A stretch of 60,509 nt of DNA, counting the filler, from Sphacelaria rigidula (lineage: Eukaryota), in NCBI GenBank assembly GCA_964200075.2. It is 8 parts of 8 records of this genome, joined end to end, with 100 filler letters (N's around TTAATTAATTAA, not from the genome) between each part and the next. Parts side by side here need not be neighbours in the genome. Positions count along the whole stretch, not along the records: positions 7,578 to 15,053 come from CAXNAA020014744.1; positions 15,154 to 22,629 come from CAXNAA020014745.1; positions 22,730 to 30,205 come from CAXNAA020014746.1; 5 more parts are not named here. The stretch is one strand, 5' to 3'. Shown here one piece after another: positions 11,401-24,209 of this stretch (positions are counted from its first letter, which is position 1; every line of letters starts with the position of its first letter). The notes below the pieces were generated by a model. It did not search any database, was not told where the DNA came from, and was given only the letters and a program-made list of their open reading frames with translations. A program made the position numbers and the translations under genes.

Positions 11401-13751
11401 CGGAGGAGCCACGAAGCTCATTTATGCCTCAGGGGGCTGCTTTTTGGCGTTGCGCCTACGTTTTCAGCTTCGTTTTAACGACCATTTTGTAGGTTGATTT
11501 TCTCGATCTCAGCCCCCGCGTTCATCCTCTTTCCCACTACCCGCAGGGGGAAAGTGCAGTCACCATGCACACTGCATGCGAGTAGAATGCTTGAACTGAA
11601 TGGAAAACTGATTAAACTTTTTGGGTCGAAAACGATAAACAGGTTTACAGAGAGGCGTACAAGGGAGAGGAGAACGCCTCGTTCGCCGCCACTTTGCACA
11701 ATCTTGGAATGACCTTCCGCACCATGGCACAGCAAGGCAACACTCTTGAAAAAATCCCGCTCCTGGAGCGGGCACAGGAGACATTCCAACGATGCGTGGA
11801 GATACGTGAAAAGGTTTGTTGGATTACAAAAAAGCGGCAAATTTATGTGCGAGGAGGGAGGAGAGCACGGGAAGGAGTACCCACCGTAATGGAAGACTCG
11901 ATTGTGGATGGGTTGAGTTCACGAGGGGCACGGTGCACCATATCCAGAAACGTAGCTGGGTGCCGTGTACTAAAATCCCAATTTAGCATAAAATGAAGCA
12001 AGTGAAGTTTCGCATACCACGTCTCGGCGGCAAAACCGATGGATTACCGTAGAATACTGTGTATACCACCCCCGGGTGATGAGTTTTTTTGACCGAAAAG
12101 TCATGCCGCAGAGGTGAATATAAAAGGCTGTGGAGGGTCCACCACATAAAAGTATGGATCCCACCACAGCGCGGTCAAATTCGCGTGTCAAGAGTCCGAA
12201 GAGTCCGACACGCTATGCTTATGTAATTCTGTGCATCACACTTGCAGAGTATGACCGAGCTGGCGATCCATCGCACTATGCGAGGACCACCACTGCACCC
12301 CAATACAGTACGTACTGTCGATACCAATATGGAGCCGAAAAAAGCCGGAACTTCATCTGGGGATGATATTTCGAGGGTGCTGTACTACGTACGGGTGCTA
12401 CACACTGTTACGTAGAGTGTGGTGATCGTAGAGGGACTGTTTTCCTCACTGATGGGGTGCTTTCATCAGGCTGTCGAGTGAAAACCATGAGAAAGACATC
12501 ACTCAAATGTCAACAGGCGAAAAAAAGTAAAACTCTCGCCTTCCGAGTAGTAAACAGTTATATTGTCCCGAAAAACCGTGTTTATGTCCCCACATCAGCA
12601 ATGACAACGGTTGCCGACCTCCTCTACCATCTGGAACTCCCTCCTCGAAATCACTCTTCACCGGCGTGTATTCCGTCCGACGTTTTGCTCAGATTTTACC
12701 CAACAACCACCCAGATCTGCAGCTGGCTCGAAGTCGACTTGCGATGGTTCAAGGGTTGTTGGGGGAAGAGAAGGGGAGGACGGAGGCTAGGTTAAGGGCG
12801 GCATTAGACGGCTTGGAGGTGGCGGTGGGAGAAGAAAACGCCAGCACGGCCACTGCAATGACAAACCTGGCCTTGTTTCTCAAGGGAGAGGGCCAGTTCG
12901 ACGAGGCTCAGGACCTTTACACCAGGGTAGTTCGCGCTAGGTATGATTTACACCAGGGTGCGATTGAGTATGCTATTTTGGAGGGGGTGATTACGATACC
13001 GCGGGTCCTTGGAGACACTTTGTCGTGGCTTGATGCTCCACACCAGGCGTCTGCGTGTCCTACTTTAGTCAGATAACGGTTCTTCGGTATGTGATTGTTG
13101 AGTCATTCAGGGACAAACAGCTGTGAATGATGACGCTTAATGTATACGGCCGTGCAACATCCTCTGTCCTCCTGTATTCTTTGGGGGAGGGGGGGGGGGG
13201 GGATGTAATTTCAGATACTGCAGTCACTTCGTTGTTTCTCCCTGTTCCTTCTGTAATTGATGTTCACAAGAAGAGTCACGATGAACAATGCCTCTTTTGA
13301 GGTATTTTCGTGGGACACAGGAACCAGATTGTGTATCGACCACACCTTCTTGTCCCGTCTCTCAGCTCGCGACCCATACCCACGCGAACCGCCCAAACAC
13401 CCGTTCATCATGTACAGGACAGTGCTGTTTGGAGAGGGACACGTGGATGTAATCGTAGCCATGTACAACCTGGCGGAGCTCCATCGCGCAGCCGGTCGCG
13501 AAGCCGAAGCGCTCAAGATTCAGGACGAGATCATCACCATCGTCGAGAGGGTGGATGCGGAAAAGGCCGCGGAAAACAAAGCCGATGGTGGTGAAACGGG
13601 GAGCCATGGTGAGGGCGATTCTGGCAAAGGATCAGTGGAGGAGGCAATCAACAGAGTGGGGCAGACCATGCATGCCAGGGATGATGGAGGGGGAAACGAG
13701 CCCGAAAATACCACGTGGTCGCCTGAGCAGGGGAAGGACAAGCGAGCCTGA
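8410..13751 (+). CDS. TPR-repeat (kinesin light chain-like / TPR_12) protein, complete, ~430 aa, probable mitochondrial presequence
   Basis: Exons 8410-8790, 11086-11244, 11643-11813, 12693-12940, 13418-13751. All introns are GT-AG, phases join, total 1293 nt. TPR motifs: YASALNDQALML, FAATLHNLGMTF, TATAMTNLALFLKGEGQFDEAQDLY, VIVAMYNLAELHRAAGREAEA. The N-terminus is R/S/A-rich with few acidic residues (MRRAANGIATALRRPASS...VRRCMSS). An alternative start lies at 8467. Confidence 0.92.
9766..9863. mobile_element. ~100-bp piggyBac-type MITE (intron 1 of TPR gene)
   Basis: Ends in ...CGCGGTCTAAGGG|TTAA. Homologous copies at 23695-23797, 28125-28224, 28229-28327, 28633-28737 and ~52655-52750. Confidence 0.8.
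10103..10450 (+). mobile_element. tRNA-derived SINE
   Basis: Pol III A-box TGGCTCACTTGG (~10110) and B-box GGTTCGAATCT (10154-10164) sit in a tRNA-like head that cannot form a full cloverleaf. The 3' tail (GACCCCGG..GCGCCCAC..GGTGTA..GCGTCCAGAATA..GGGA.GAC.ACACAC) recurs in reverse orientation at ~22456-22565. Confidence 0.75.
10715..10976 (+). repeat. Diverged direct duplication (~125-bp unit x2) in intron
   Basis: GTGCACACGAC...CGTCGTGTGAT..ACGTGTGTGTCGGC..GCGAACCAAGA..CATCTAT at ~10715-10837 and ~10850-10976. Confidence 0.8.
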
Positions 13752-14451
13752 AGTCTAGCGAGGACAAAAAAAAACTCGTCACTAACTCCGTGCAACCGCT
13801 CTGTGTTTGATTACAACGGCGGCTGTTTGTTTTCTGATTTTTAGCGGCCGAAGATGGTGTTTTTATTTGCGAAATGGTCGTGTACCGTTGTAGTTCAGTG
13901 TCCAGCAATTTGAAACACGGCCTGTTGGAAAGCGTATTTTTCTTTACCATTGTATGCAGTACCGTGCTGCGCCGTGTTGTGTACAGTAGTGCCTGGTTCG
14001 AGTTCGCAAGTGGGACCAAGGCCAGGTATAGTACAGGGTGCATTGTAATATCGACACGAACAAACAAATAGTCCCCGGCATTTTATTTTGTTTCGGTTCA
14101 TCTTCCAAGTTTTGGACGTGCGGGACGAAAGGATGGAAACGGCGCTTTTTTATTTCGGTTAAGTGTTCCGCATACCTTGAACGACGGACTCCGTCTTCGT
14201 CTCTTCTTGGGGATTTCATCAACCAGTAAGTTCAAACCTATGAATTCGTGAACCTCCAGCTGCTGTTGAGAAGCACATGGGCTATTCTGATGACGGTTTC
14301 GGTTACGCGTTCACCCAGATCGTGCACGAAACTAAGCCCCCCACTCTATCTAGAAACACTCCCACTCCCAAACGAAGCACTGTACATCGCCTCCGATGTT
14401 GATCGATTGGTTGATTTATTGGCGCACTTGAACTGACCCCCCAGGAGTCAT

Positions 14452-14660
14452 GATCCAGCCGTGGTCACATGATGGACGTACCCAAGAAAAAACAAAACTG
14501 AAGCACTCGCTGAGAGAAAAGAAGGAACAGAAAAGGTCGAACAAAACGACATAGCAGACAAGGCGTCGAGAAAAAAATAAAATAAATAAAAAGTCGACAA
14601 AAGCAAAGCACAGAAAGTAGCCGATCTAAAACAAGAGAGGAAAAGACATGAAGGAAGAGA
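14452..14660. repeat. Dispersed repeat (probable retroposon 3' tail); second copy ~54579-54810
   Basis: GATCCAGCCGTGGTCACATGAT(G/A)GACGTACCC followed by an A-rich tract, present in contigs 2 and 8. Confidence 0.7.
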
Positions 14661-15153
14661 CATTGTTATCAACGCATATTGACGGCTATACATACAAAGC
14701 TGTCAGCAACGCCCTCTCGCAAGACACTAAATCCCCTCCAACGCTACCGGTCTCCGCAGTCTCGAAATCTGTGAACGAGGCGTCAGTTACGCACAGCTAC
14801 TACACACGTTTATCAGTCAGAACGAATGACCAGCAAAACGCATGCACTCTGATGCACAAAAACACCGAACACACAAATTTTCACTAAATTATGCACCGAT
14901 TTCATTTGAGTACCACAACGGATACGTGCGGCGCCTCTTCATCTCTGCGTGGCTGCCATAATGAACGAGAACTACATCACGAACAAGTACACGATAACAG
15001 ATTCACTAAGCACTCGCACACCCGTCTATGCCCCCCCCCCCCCCCCCTAGGCANNNNNNNNNNNNNNNNNNNNNNNNNNNNNNNNNNNNNNNNNNNNTTA
15101 ATTAATTAANNNNNNNNNNNNNNNNNNNNNNNNNNNNNNNNNNNNNNNNNNNN

Positions 15154-18100
15154 CGTCACGAGTTGACTCATCATACTAAAACTAAGTAATTTTCAGACGA
15201 ATCATTATTTGTCCGACCCTTGCACTGTTCGAAACCAATTTTCACAAGTCTCGATACTAACGGAAGTCTCGATACTAACAGTTTGTAGAATTGTCTGGCA
15301 CTCTGTTTAAGTCCATAAATGGATCTATTCAGGCGGACAATATTTCCTGACATTGATCCGCAACCTGGGGGCAGCCTCATATATATCTCATAGTCCAAAT
15401 CCGACTGAATGAACGCCTGCTCGATGTCGAAATGACGAAGATCCCATCCATACGCGTTTGCCAACGCTACGAGGAGATGAATTGTTGCAGCATTCGCAGT
15501 AGGTGAAAACACCTCCAGGAAATCAATCTCGTACCATTGACTAAAACCCATCGCTAGAAGCCTAGCCTTCAAGATTTCGCCGTTGACATCAGTTTTCCGC
15601 TTGAAAACCCGTTTAGCGTTCACTATGTTACTCCCTTCCGGAACCGGTTCCGCAAGGGATCCCTGCAGCAAGCAATCCCTTCAACTCTAAGTTCATAGCC
15701 CCCTCCCAAAGGTCAGCATGTGCAGGGGCGCGGGCTTCGGCAATCGTTGCGGGCTCTGGCTCTTTGGCATGTTCGGCAGGTATCACGTTCGGCTTCTCCT
15801 TCAATGTTCTCTGCTCAGCAATCAGCGCACACAAGGTTTGGTCCCCTTTGATGGGCCCCAGCGAAGTTAGCAAACCGATTGCTTGTTGCTGGTTCAGCGC
15901 CCGAGTTTGTGCTCGCGTCCTGCTCTCCCTGCGTCCTTCATCATGTGGACCCACGTTGTACGCCTCGAGCTGTCTCAGCGCGTTGCGTGTTTGCGCTGGC
16001 ACATCATATCGATCAGGCATGGCGTCGCTGCTGTTGCTGGAGGACGATGCAGGTGCTGATGATGGGCTGCTGCGATATGATGGTGACGCAGATGCTGATC
16101 GGTCGTCGAGTGATGGCGGGGGCGATGTTGATGACGACTCGCCCCTTGATGATGATGCTGATGGCGATGGAGCGACCGGCGGTATTGGATATTCCGCCGC
16201 CTCTGATGGTTGTTGACTGTCCTCCACCTCCTGGGCCGGTAGCTGCACGTGAGGAATTCCTCTTCCTGTCAGCGGACACACTTCCGCCAACTCATCATGG
16301 CAGGGTTCATCTCCCCTCCCGATTCGGCTGTCGTCAGTGACTGCCGGGGCGGGAGAGACTGCGGCGATGTTTCCCACGTGATGTCTCGGGTCTCGACAAC
16401 TTGCCCTCCCCGCGTTAGCACACGGTACGAGTCGCGCGGTTGCTCGCGCGAAGGCCCGAGATAGAAGCAACTCTCCGCCTTAGGCAGCAGCTTAGATGAT
16501 CGCTTCCATCGGCAGTAGGCTGTCTTGAGAAAGGGGTGTGGACTGGCCGGCATAGCCGTCCCGAACCACATTTCGTGAGGTGATTTGTTGTCAGGGTTGG
16601 AGGTCGAAGCAGTGTAGTTGAGCTGCTCACACGCCCATGCATTTGCTCGGCCCACAGCTTTTCGGTCTTCGACATCTGAACATGACCGAACAATACCTTC
16701 GCCTGAATCCTTGCTGCCATTGCCGTCGCTTCAAAGATTCCTAAAGCGCGCTGTGCAACGCTGTTGAACTGGGGACTATTGGCGGGGGTAAATTCCTGCT
16801 TAATCAACAGATTATCACATCCTGTTCAGAAATTATCCCCGAAAAACTCTCCTCCGTTTCCAGATCTTATTATCTGTACTATTGAAGGAAATACATCCGC
16901 TCGCACATCTGCCAGGAAACGGTTGGAAGCCCGATCAGAATGAGCCTTACGTTTCAAGGAATAGAGCCAAGATTTTATGCTGTAATCGTCCTTGATGATC
17001 ATCGGGTAGTGCTTCCCCCCTACAGATGCAATTTCTTTTCTGCCTCCTAGGTCTACGAAACCTCTACCGAGCTTGGTTTGAGCTCTATATTTAGTCTGAT
17101 GAGGAATACCTTTTCTGTATCCATTTGCCATCGAGCACCCAGTGCATGCATGCATTTCTCCTTCAAGTGCAGTATCTAAATGTCTAGCAGTATGCCTCAA
17201 CAGCTGCCAATGAGCATGACCATAGATACAGTGAAACAGGTTAATACCCATCCTCTTTTCAAGGGGAGGGTTTGAGGGCATAATTGCTGGTAATGCGGAA
17301 GCATCAAATTGCTCCCCTACTCGATATGCTGTGGCCACCAACATGCCGTCCTGGTTCGCAAACGTTACACGTCCGTTGAATGCAGTCATTATACCATCTG
17401 GACCTCCCAACCGGTCCCACCTTTCCCCATCAAATTCCGCACGAGGCGAGAACAGGTTGTATCCTAGATCAGGAGCATACAGTATGTCTTTCGACTCTGC
17501 TACATACTCGTTCTCCTCTGGCATAAGAGCTTCTGTCAGATTACCCTTCAGCGAAACGTCACACGTCACGCCGCCTATGCCACCAACACTAGAAGACGCT
17601 TGTGTAAGATCTCTCATGCATCGCAATGAACCTGTCAGATGATGGGGAGCACCAGTATCACCGTACCACTCTTCACAGGAAGGCCTAGAAACAGCAGCAA
17701 CCAACGACTTCAAGCGTGAAAGCTCACCACTGTCTTTCTTCGACTCTGCTTCGCCTTCCTGATCCGGAGCCCTAATTACGCGAGCTTTGCAGTCCCGTAT
17801 CCTGTGTGGAAGACCACAGCGAAAGCACTCCAGTGGCTTCCTGCCTGCGTTCTCGGCTTTCGCGGAATTACTCGTATCAGTATCAGGTTTCGGCTTCCTA
17901 GCTGTACCCTTATTTCCACCCCCCCTGGCTTTCGCAACTAGAGCTTGCCCGGTCGATTCGGCAATTTTGCCCTGTACAGAGAAACTTAGATCAGCATTTC
18001 GCACGTGGGTTTCTATCGCTTCTCGATCACGCGGAAAATGAGTGCTCATAGCACTTCTGACCAATTCGCATTCTCTCGTGAGTCCACGCAACATGAGGGA

Positions 18101-19168
18101 ACAAACAGTTCTCTCGTCCTTCTCTACCCCTCGCATAAGTAGAACGTTCAAAACTTCCCTGAGCTTTGAAAAAAATACGTGCTGATTTTCCCCTTGTTTC
18201 ATCTTCAACCCGTTCAGCTTGTGCTCATAGAGGTTGATATTTGCGTCGGTGAGGGGCAAAAAGTGATCATTCATTACACGCCACACTTTACTGGGGGATT
18301 TCGCACTGCTGATCATTACTCCTACACTTTTGCATTATATACAATCATCCAGATGCCACCAAGCAGCCTGTGCTTGCTTGATCTGGCTTACCGTGAAGCC
18401 CTGCTCAACCAAAGGTGCTAAATCTATTCCAATATCAGCAACTGGAATATCATCGGTAGTGGTGTACGCTTCATGCAATCCACACTGCCTGGCATGTATA
18501 GAAAAGCGCTCTTTCCATGATGGGAATTCAGTCGCAGTCCCATCAAATTTCGAACTAGCAGGTAATCGAATACCTCTAATTCCGAAAGACGACACGCCAC
18601 TTGTGCTTACACTACTACCACCACCGGAACTCGATCCAAACAACTCTACATTTTCCACCATTCGGCAGTACCCACCGCTGGCGGGCGTGAGAAGTCCAGA
18701 CCTGGAATACCTGCTGACCTCTCTGGAAGCCCTGGGCCTTGAATACCTGCTGATCTCCCATGAAGAGCTGGGGCTGCGGTTTGCAACGCCGCTGCTGCTC
18801 TTCTGTCGGTGACACCTTCATGTCGCCCGACGTACTCTGTACTGGATGCTCCCGGCGCGCCATCTCCGACAGAGGACTCCCCCACGGCCTGCATCCAGGC
18901 CGCTGTTCCCCCCTGGACCCACCAGGCTGCGTTCAAGTAGGCCCCGCAGCTCTTGTATCTCCGTCTTCGGGTCTTGGTTCTGACGGAGAATTTCTTCGTT
19001 CTCTCTACGAACGTGGGCCAGGCCTTCTTCTCGTGTAGCGGGAGAGCTACCCCCATCTACTTCGCTCCCGGGCGGAGAAATCGTTTCTACAACCGATCAA
19101 CCTGTAGTATCAGCTGGTAGCGCTAGCGTGTCCAGAGATCGCTGCCTGCCCCGGCAGCTTGTTCACAA
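15154..19168 (-). mobile_element. Decayed Ty1/copia LTR retrotransposon (gag-PR-INT-RT), 3' truncated
   Basis: Gag (KFDGTATEFPSWKERF; zinc knuckle CFRCGLPHRIRDC), protease (WYGDTGAPHHLTG), GAG-pre-integrase (FHCIYGHAH..CTGC), integrase (IIKDDYS, IRSGNGGEF, PQFNSVAQR) and RT (FDIEQAFIQSDLDYEIYMRLPPG, IYGLKQSARQ) occur in copia order. Many stops and frameshifts. Non-coding 19169-~20234 may be the 5' LTR but this is unconfirmed. Confidence 0.95.
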
Positions 19169-20989
19169 TGAGTGAAGGAGAAATAATTTATTATGGGGAA
19201 ACAAAAGAGAGAGACCCTCGACGGGATCAACAACTCCCACCTACAATGCCGAGAATCACGCATCAAGCCAATCTCCCGCGGGCCGTATAAATGTCCCGCG
19301 GAACATTTTCAGTGTTGTTCTGTATAACGTTCCTTTCTACGGAGACTTCCACAGAAACATATCTTACACTACCCCGAAGGATATCCGCGGATGCAGAATT
19401 GACCAATATACGAATAGATAGGTTCACCGCTGCCCGGTGAAGTACATGTAGAAATATATTTTTACGTCGGACAGGTCATTATCTGTGTTACCCGGGTCGC
19501 TTAGGCAGAGAATGAACACATTTGTGTATACGATTCGAATGACATACTGCAACTAGTTATGGAACGGTCCTCGTGTTCAAAGAATCATCGATCTCTAGGG
19601 AGGTATCTTGGACGAGGTATGAGGTATCACAGATTGATACCGGCGTTTCGAGTACATCTGATTCGGATTACACAGGTGTGCCGAAGAAAGTGATGCACGG
19701 ATGAACAGAGTATACAAATAACTAGATGAAGACCCTGGTACAAATTCTCGGTTCATGGAGGTTACCATCAAGTGGACCTGTACGAATCACACGGGTCATA
19801 GAGATCGGTCATCAGGCCATGTGGGTAGAGCAACCGGGTCCTTCAGATCACCAGCCGAGATTTGTGTATAAGTTACACAAGTCACACGGATACCTAATGT
19901 GGGAAACACGTTGTGTGGTTTGCCGCACGACGTTGATGTTGTACAGTATCTATACGAGCCGGGCCAGCAGTCATTCCCGCATTTGCATGGCACACTACAA
20001 CATATCAAGTGTACCAAATCAGCCCGACTTGATCATATCGCTGTGGACTGCAGACTAACCTGGTTACGCACGGCACCGACGCTGAATGAAGGAAAGAGTG
20101 AAAGAACAATGTACGGCATAGTGTGTGACGTTACCGATTAAACAGAAGCAGAAAACGTCAGAAGGATTCGGCCTCGTGACCTCCATAACTGCAGTCTTCT
20201 GTATCACTTGGATTCAAGCAGCGCAGCGGTGACACACAAAGGTGCATGCGTGAGCAGAGTTTCAGAGATTTTCGGCCGAAATCGCACCACGATCTCTTGC
20301 ACACAAGTATGCACGACAAGGTGAGATATGCCGATGTACTTCTTCATTTTCACGGAGTGGTGGCATTTATCCAGTTTTTGCATATACCTCGGATCGCTCT
20401 AATGACTTTCTGTTTTATTAGTTTTTTTTCGTGGTATTCCGTGTAATGTTGTGTGTGTTGATACTGAAATTTCACGTCCAAATTACAGCGCCCAACTTCT
20501 CGGATTACCCACAGCTGGGCCCGGAAATCTTCAAGAATCACTGTCAGGTGGCCCAGCTCGTAGCTGTTTTTCGAGTTCCATGTTCACGAGAGAGTTTGTT
20601 TCCCTCCGCTTGTGAGCGCTCATGCCCTCCTTCCTCACTCCAGACTTCTCGGTTTGCGTCCGGTGGCAACGACGCTGTGAAACAAACCGCCAGAACCTAC
20701 ACATGAGGTATACAGACTGGCATCGTACATTCTAGAGACCGACACTAGACAAGAGTTCCCCACACCCACAGATACGCTAGACATGGCATCACCCCATATG
20801 ACCAATGTTGTTCAAACACAAACCGAATGTACATCGAGAACAGCGAAGCTCATGATGTTTTTCTAAAGTTGTATTCCCTTTATTTTCTCAATTCTTTTTT
20901 TCCTTCTCCTTTTCTTCATTTTTTCCTTTGCCGTTCTTCTTTTGCCCTCTTTATATTTCACGTCACCCCCCCCCTCCTCTTTTTTCTGT

Positions 20990-21439
20990 CTTTTCTTTGC
21001 ATTATCAGAACACAACTCCGACATGAATAAAATGAGGAAGCTTACCATGTGTTCCATTCACACCATCAGAGTGCAGACCGGACATGAAGATAAATAGAAG
21101 AACGAAGCCAAACACTTTTTATTTGCGTTACCAGAACACAGTTTGGACATGAGCATGAGATAACGAAGCGACCCAGTACTATTTTTACGCTATCAGAATA
21201 CTGCTCGAAAATAGGTAAGTTATGGATCTGGCCACTTTTTATTTTGTACTACCCGAAAGTAACTTGGATATAGACATGAAATAATATAGTCATCCACTTT
21301 TCTCTCTTGCTACCACAACACAGCTCGGGCATAGACATGAAGTAACAAAGTCCACCACTCTTTTTAGCATTTCCGAAACACAGCACGTACATGACGTAAA
21401 ATAATGGAAATGTCACGTGTGTTTCCCAACACCAAAACG
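20990..21439. repeat. Highly degenerate tandem array of ~60-bp units (~7-8 copies)
   Basis: The motif CACTTTT...TA(C/T)CAGAACACAG...GACATGA recurs at roughly 60-bp spacing. Confidence 0.6.
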
Positions 21440-21889
21440 GAAAGCAATTGAGATCCCTCCACCCATAATCCAACAAGGGTAAGGCATAAAACAAAGATCA
21501 CAACCCAGACAGATGATTGCTCGAAGGTTGATCGCCTCACAGGCAAATCGTAAATATACTACATACAAGGATCGGACGGGGCCGCCTAGGAAAGCAATTG
21601 AGATCCCTCCCCCCATAATCCAACAAGGGTAAGGCATAAAACAAAGACCACAACCCAGACAGATGATTGCTTGAAGGTTGATCGCCTCACAGGCAAATCG
21701 TAAATATACTATATACAAGGATCGGACGGGGCCGCCTAGGAAAGCAATTGAGATCCCTCCCCCCCATAATCCAACAAGGGTAAGGCATAAAACAAAGACC
21801 ACAACCCAGACAGATGATTGCTTGAAGGTTGATCGCCTCACAGGCAAATCGTAAGTATATTATATACAAGGATCGGACGGGGCCGCCTA
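21440..21889. repeat. Tandem repeat, 150-bp unit x3, near-identical
   Basis: GAAAGCAATTGAGATCCCTCC begins at 21440, 21590 and 21740. Each unit ends AAGGATCGGACGGGGCCGCCTA. Confidence 0.97.
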
Positions 21890-21904
21890 TCGGCGGCCCC
21901 GTCC
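21866..21904 (-). mobile_element. Helitron/Helentron-like 3' terminus (GC hairpin followed by CTTGT)
   Basis: Perfect 13-bp stem GGACGGGGCCGCC-(4 nt)-GGCGGCCCCGTCC at 21875-21904. On the minus strand it is followed by GATC-CTTGT. Confidence 0.45.
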
Positions 21905-23417
21905 TCCACAAAAGGCGTGGAGAACAACTAATTTTACTTGGGAGAGGGTAAAGGCAATGACTCCTACCAATAGGTTGAGCCAGAGATTTGAAGTTTGTAT
22001 CGATCATGAAACTGTGCTTTATGTGATGAGTAGAAGAGGGGAGATCCGGCATGGGTGTGACGTGATAGGTATCAAGTAACGCGAACGTTGAGAGCGCGGA
22101 GTGGTGGATGAAACACACTTGATTTCATTCCACGTATTAAAAGTGTGAAGAACGCAGAAGACCCGAATGTATCATAGACAATGCGTTCTGATTTTAAAAA
22201 AGCTGAAAAACGGAGGGAAAAGTGGTCTCGTGTTCCAAAAGTAGGAGTTTGCTCAGAAGTTGATATTTTGCTCACGAAAGAGCAGCATCTCCATGTACAA
22301 CTGTGGTTGAAATTCGCTCCAACATATACCTATACAACATTCGACAAGTCACGATGAAGCTATAGTACATGAATGAACAAAAAAGATGCGACTTCATACA
22401 CTGTGAGAATGACGGACCACATGTACGAATACCCCCCGCGAGAAAAACATCTGATGTGTGTGTATGTGTGTCGTCGTCCCTTTTATTCTGGACGCTGGTG
22501 TACACCTTTCGGTGTATATATGTGGGCGCACCAGCCGGGGTCACACAGGAAGGTCAACACAGGACGAGAGTGCCCAAAAAAAACCTCCGTGCACCAATGT
22601 ACCCCCCCCCCCCCCTCCCCCCCCCTCCCNNNNNNNNNNNNNNNNNNNNNNNNNNNNNNNNNNNNNNNNNNNNTTAATTAATTAANNNNNNNNNNNNNNN
22701 NNNNNNNNNNNNNNNNNNNNNNNNNNNNNTCCGGGTTCTCATCCTCAATGAAAAGCACCATGCTCAACATAGATGATCGGCTGTTTCTTGCAAAAAAGTT
22801 GAGAGAAAATATTGAAAATAATTTTAATTGTCGGAAATTGCTCTCCGGCATCTGAGGTCTTTGGGACAGAACGGACAAGGAGCAGAAGCAGATACACGAA
22901 CCCCACAAAGCCCACTAGACTTTTCCGTTTTTGTCAGCGTTTATTGATCCATTTCTTGTAACAAAATTAACAGACATAATAAAAAAAACAGTGTTTCTTG
23001 ATCAATTCCTTGCGAGAAACTCAACAAAAAAAATAAAAAAAAATCATGACAACTTTCGAAAAAATGCCCTCCGGGAGGGGGGTGGGGGGGTGGCCTACAT
23101 GTCCGAATTTCTTCGCTCGACAGACCCTTGGTGTCACACAAAACAAACACGTTATTCCAGACGCTGCGGCGGGCTCAATTTTCAGAGTTTTCAGCCGGAA
23201 TTGTAACAGAATCTTCTGCGCGCAAGTACAAAATTCGTTTTCGTCGTGGGGATGCCGGCGTTTCTTGTTTTTCGAAGGTGTCATGGCGTTTTCGACTTTT
23301 TGCTGAAAATTCAAATTGCTCTAGCTTCTTTTTCATGTTTGTTCCCCCTTCTCGGCCTCCACAAAAATGTTGCGCGTGTTGGTCATGAAAATAACGTGCC
23401 AAAATTTCAACGTCTTA

Positions 23418-23690
23418 GGCCGGATGTTATGGCAACAGATCTTCGGCCCCGGATCTTCAACATTCGTGTGACACCGATCTTATTATTATGATGGGTACAG
23501 ATTTATCGAAAATTTGAGTGAAAAAATCCGTGGTCAAGATTTGGGGCCCGAGTCCCACAGATTTTTGTGCAAACTGGCGGCGGTCGGCAAGCACAGAATT
23601 TTGCACACGGATTTTTTCGTTTTGGCCGGCAGACCGTCATAATGGGGTCACACCGCGTTTTTCTTGGATGTTGTGCCATAACATCCGGCC
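23418..23690. mobile_element. Tourist/PIF-Harbinger-like MITE, 273 bp
   Basis: TIR GGCCGGATGTTATGGCA ... TGCCATAACATCCGGCC, flanked by TTA on both sides (23415-17 and 23691-93). Confidence 0.85.
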
Positions 23691-24209
23691 TTAATTACTG
23701 AGACCGTGAGGGTAGGTCACCTGCTCAATCGGCATCAATATTCACTTGGAAAAAGTGCGTGCATTTCAGATGGACTATCCGCACCGCGGTCCAAGGGTTA
23801 ATCCTCAAATTGAGCACCGCGTCACCCGAGTACCGACAAGAAACACTATCAGCTCGCTTAGCTCTTCAGCGTGCCATGTTGTATTCTTATTCTTCTACTT
23901 TCAAATATCGCGGGTACGAGCAGTATGACTTCAACCAAAAGTTGAACATCAATGTAGGAATGCTTACTTGTAAAACTGAAACCGACGATCTATTCTGAGG
24001 GGGCGGGCAAGCAGAGCGAGAGCACAGCATCGTTGCTGGTACCAATCTGCGGAGAAAACGAAGGTATCCCAAGTTTCTTCCGTATCTTTCTGCGTCGAAA
24101 CAGCAGAAGGCAGCTGCTCTCTCTCTGTTAAAGCCGGTCCAACGCTACCCCGACAACACAAGAGTTGTACATTACAACCCCACAGCGTGTACTCTACCGT
24201 ACACCAGAG

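Noticed and set aside
19169..20234. 5' LTR of the first copia as a firm feature
   Set aside because: TG...CA boundaries are plausible, but there is no second LTR in the contig to confirm them.
21440..21889. CRISPR-like or repeat-protein interpretation (ORFs 21413-21847 etc.)
   Set aside because: Units are wholly repeated with no unique spacers, no cas genes are present, and the frame is not conserved across units.
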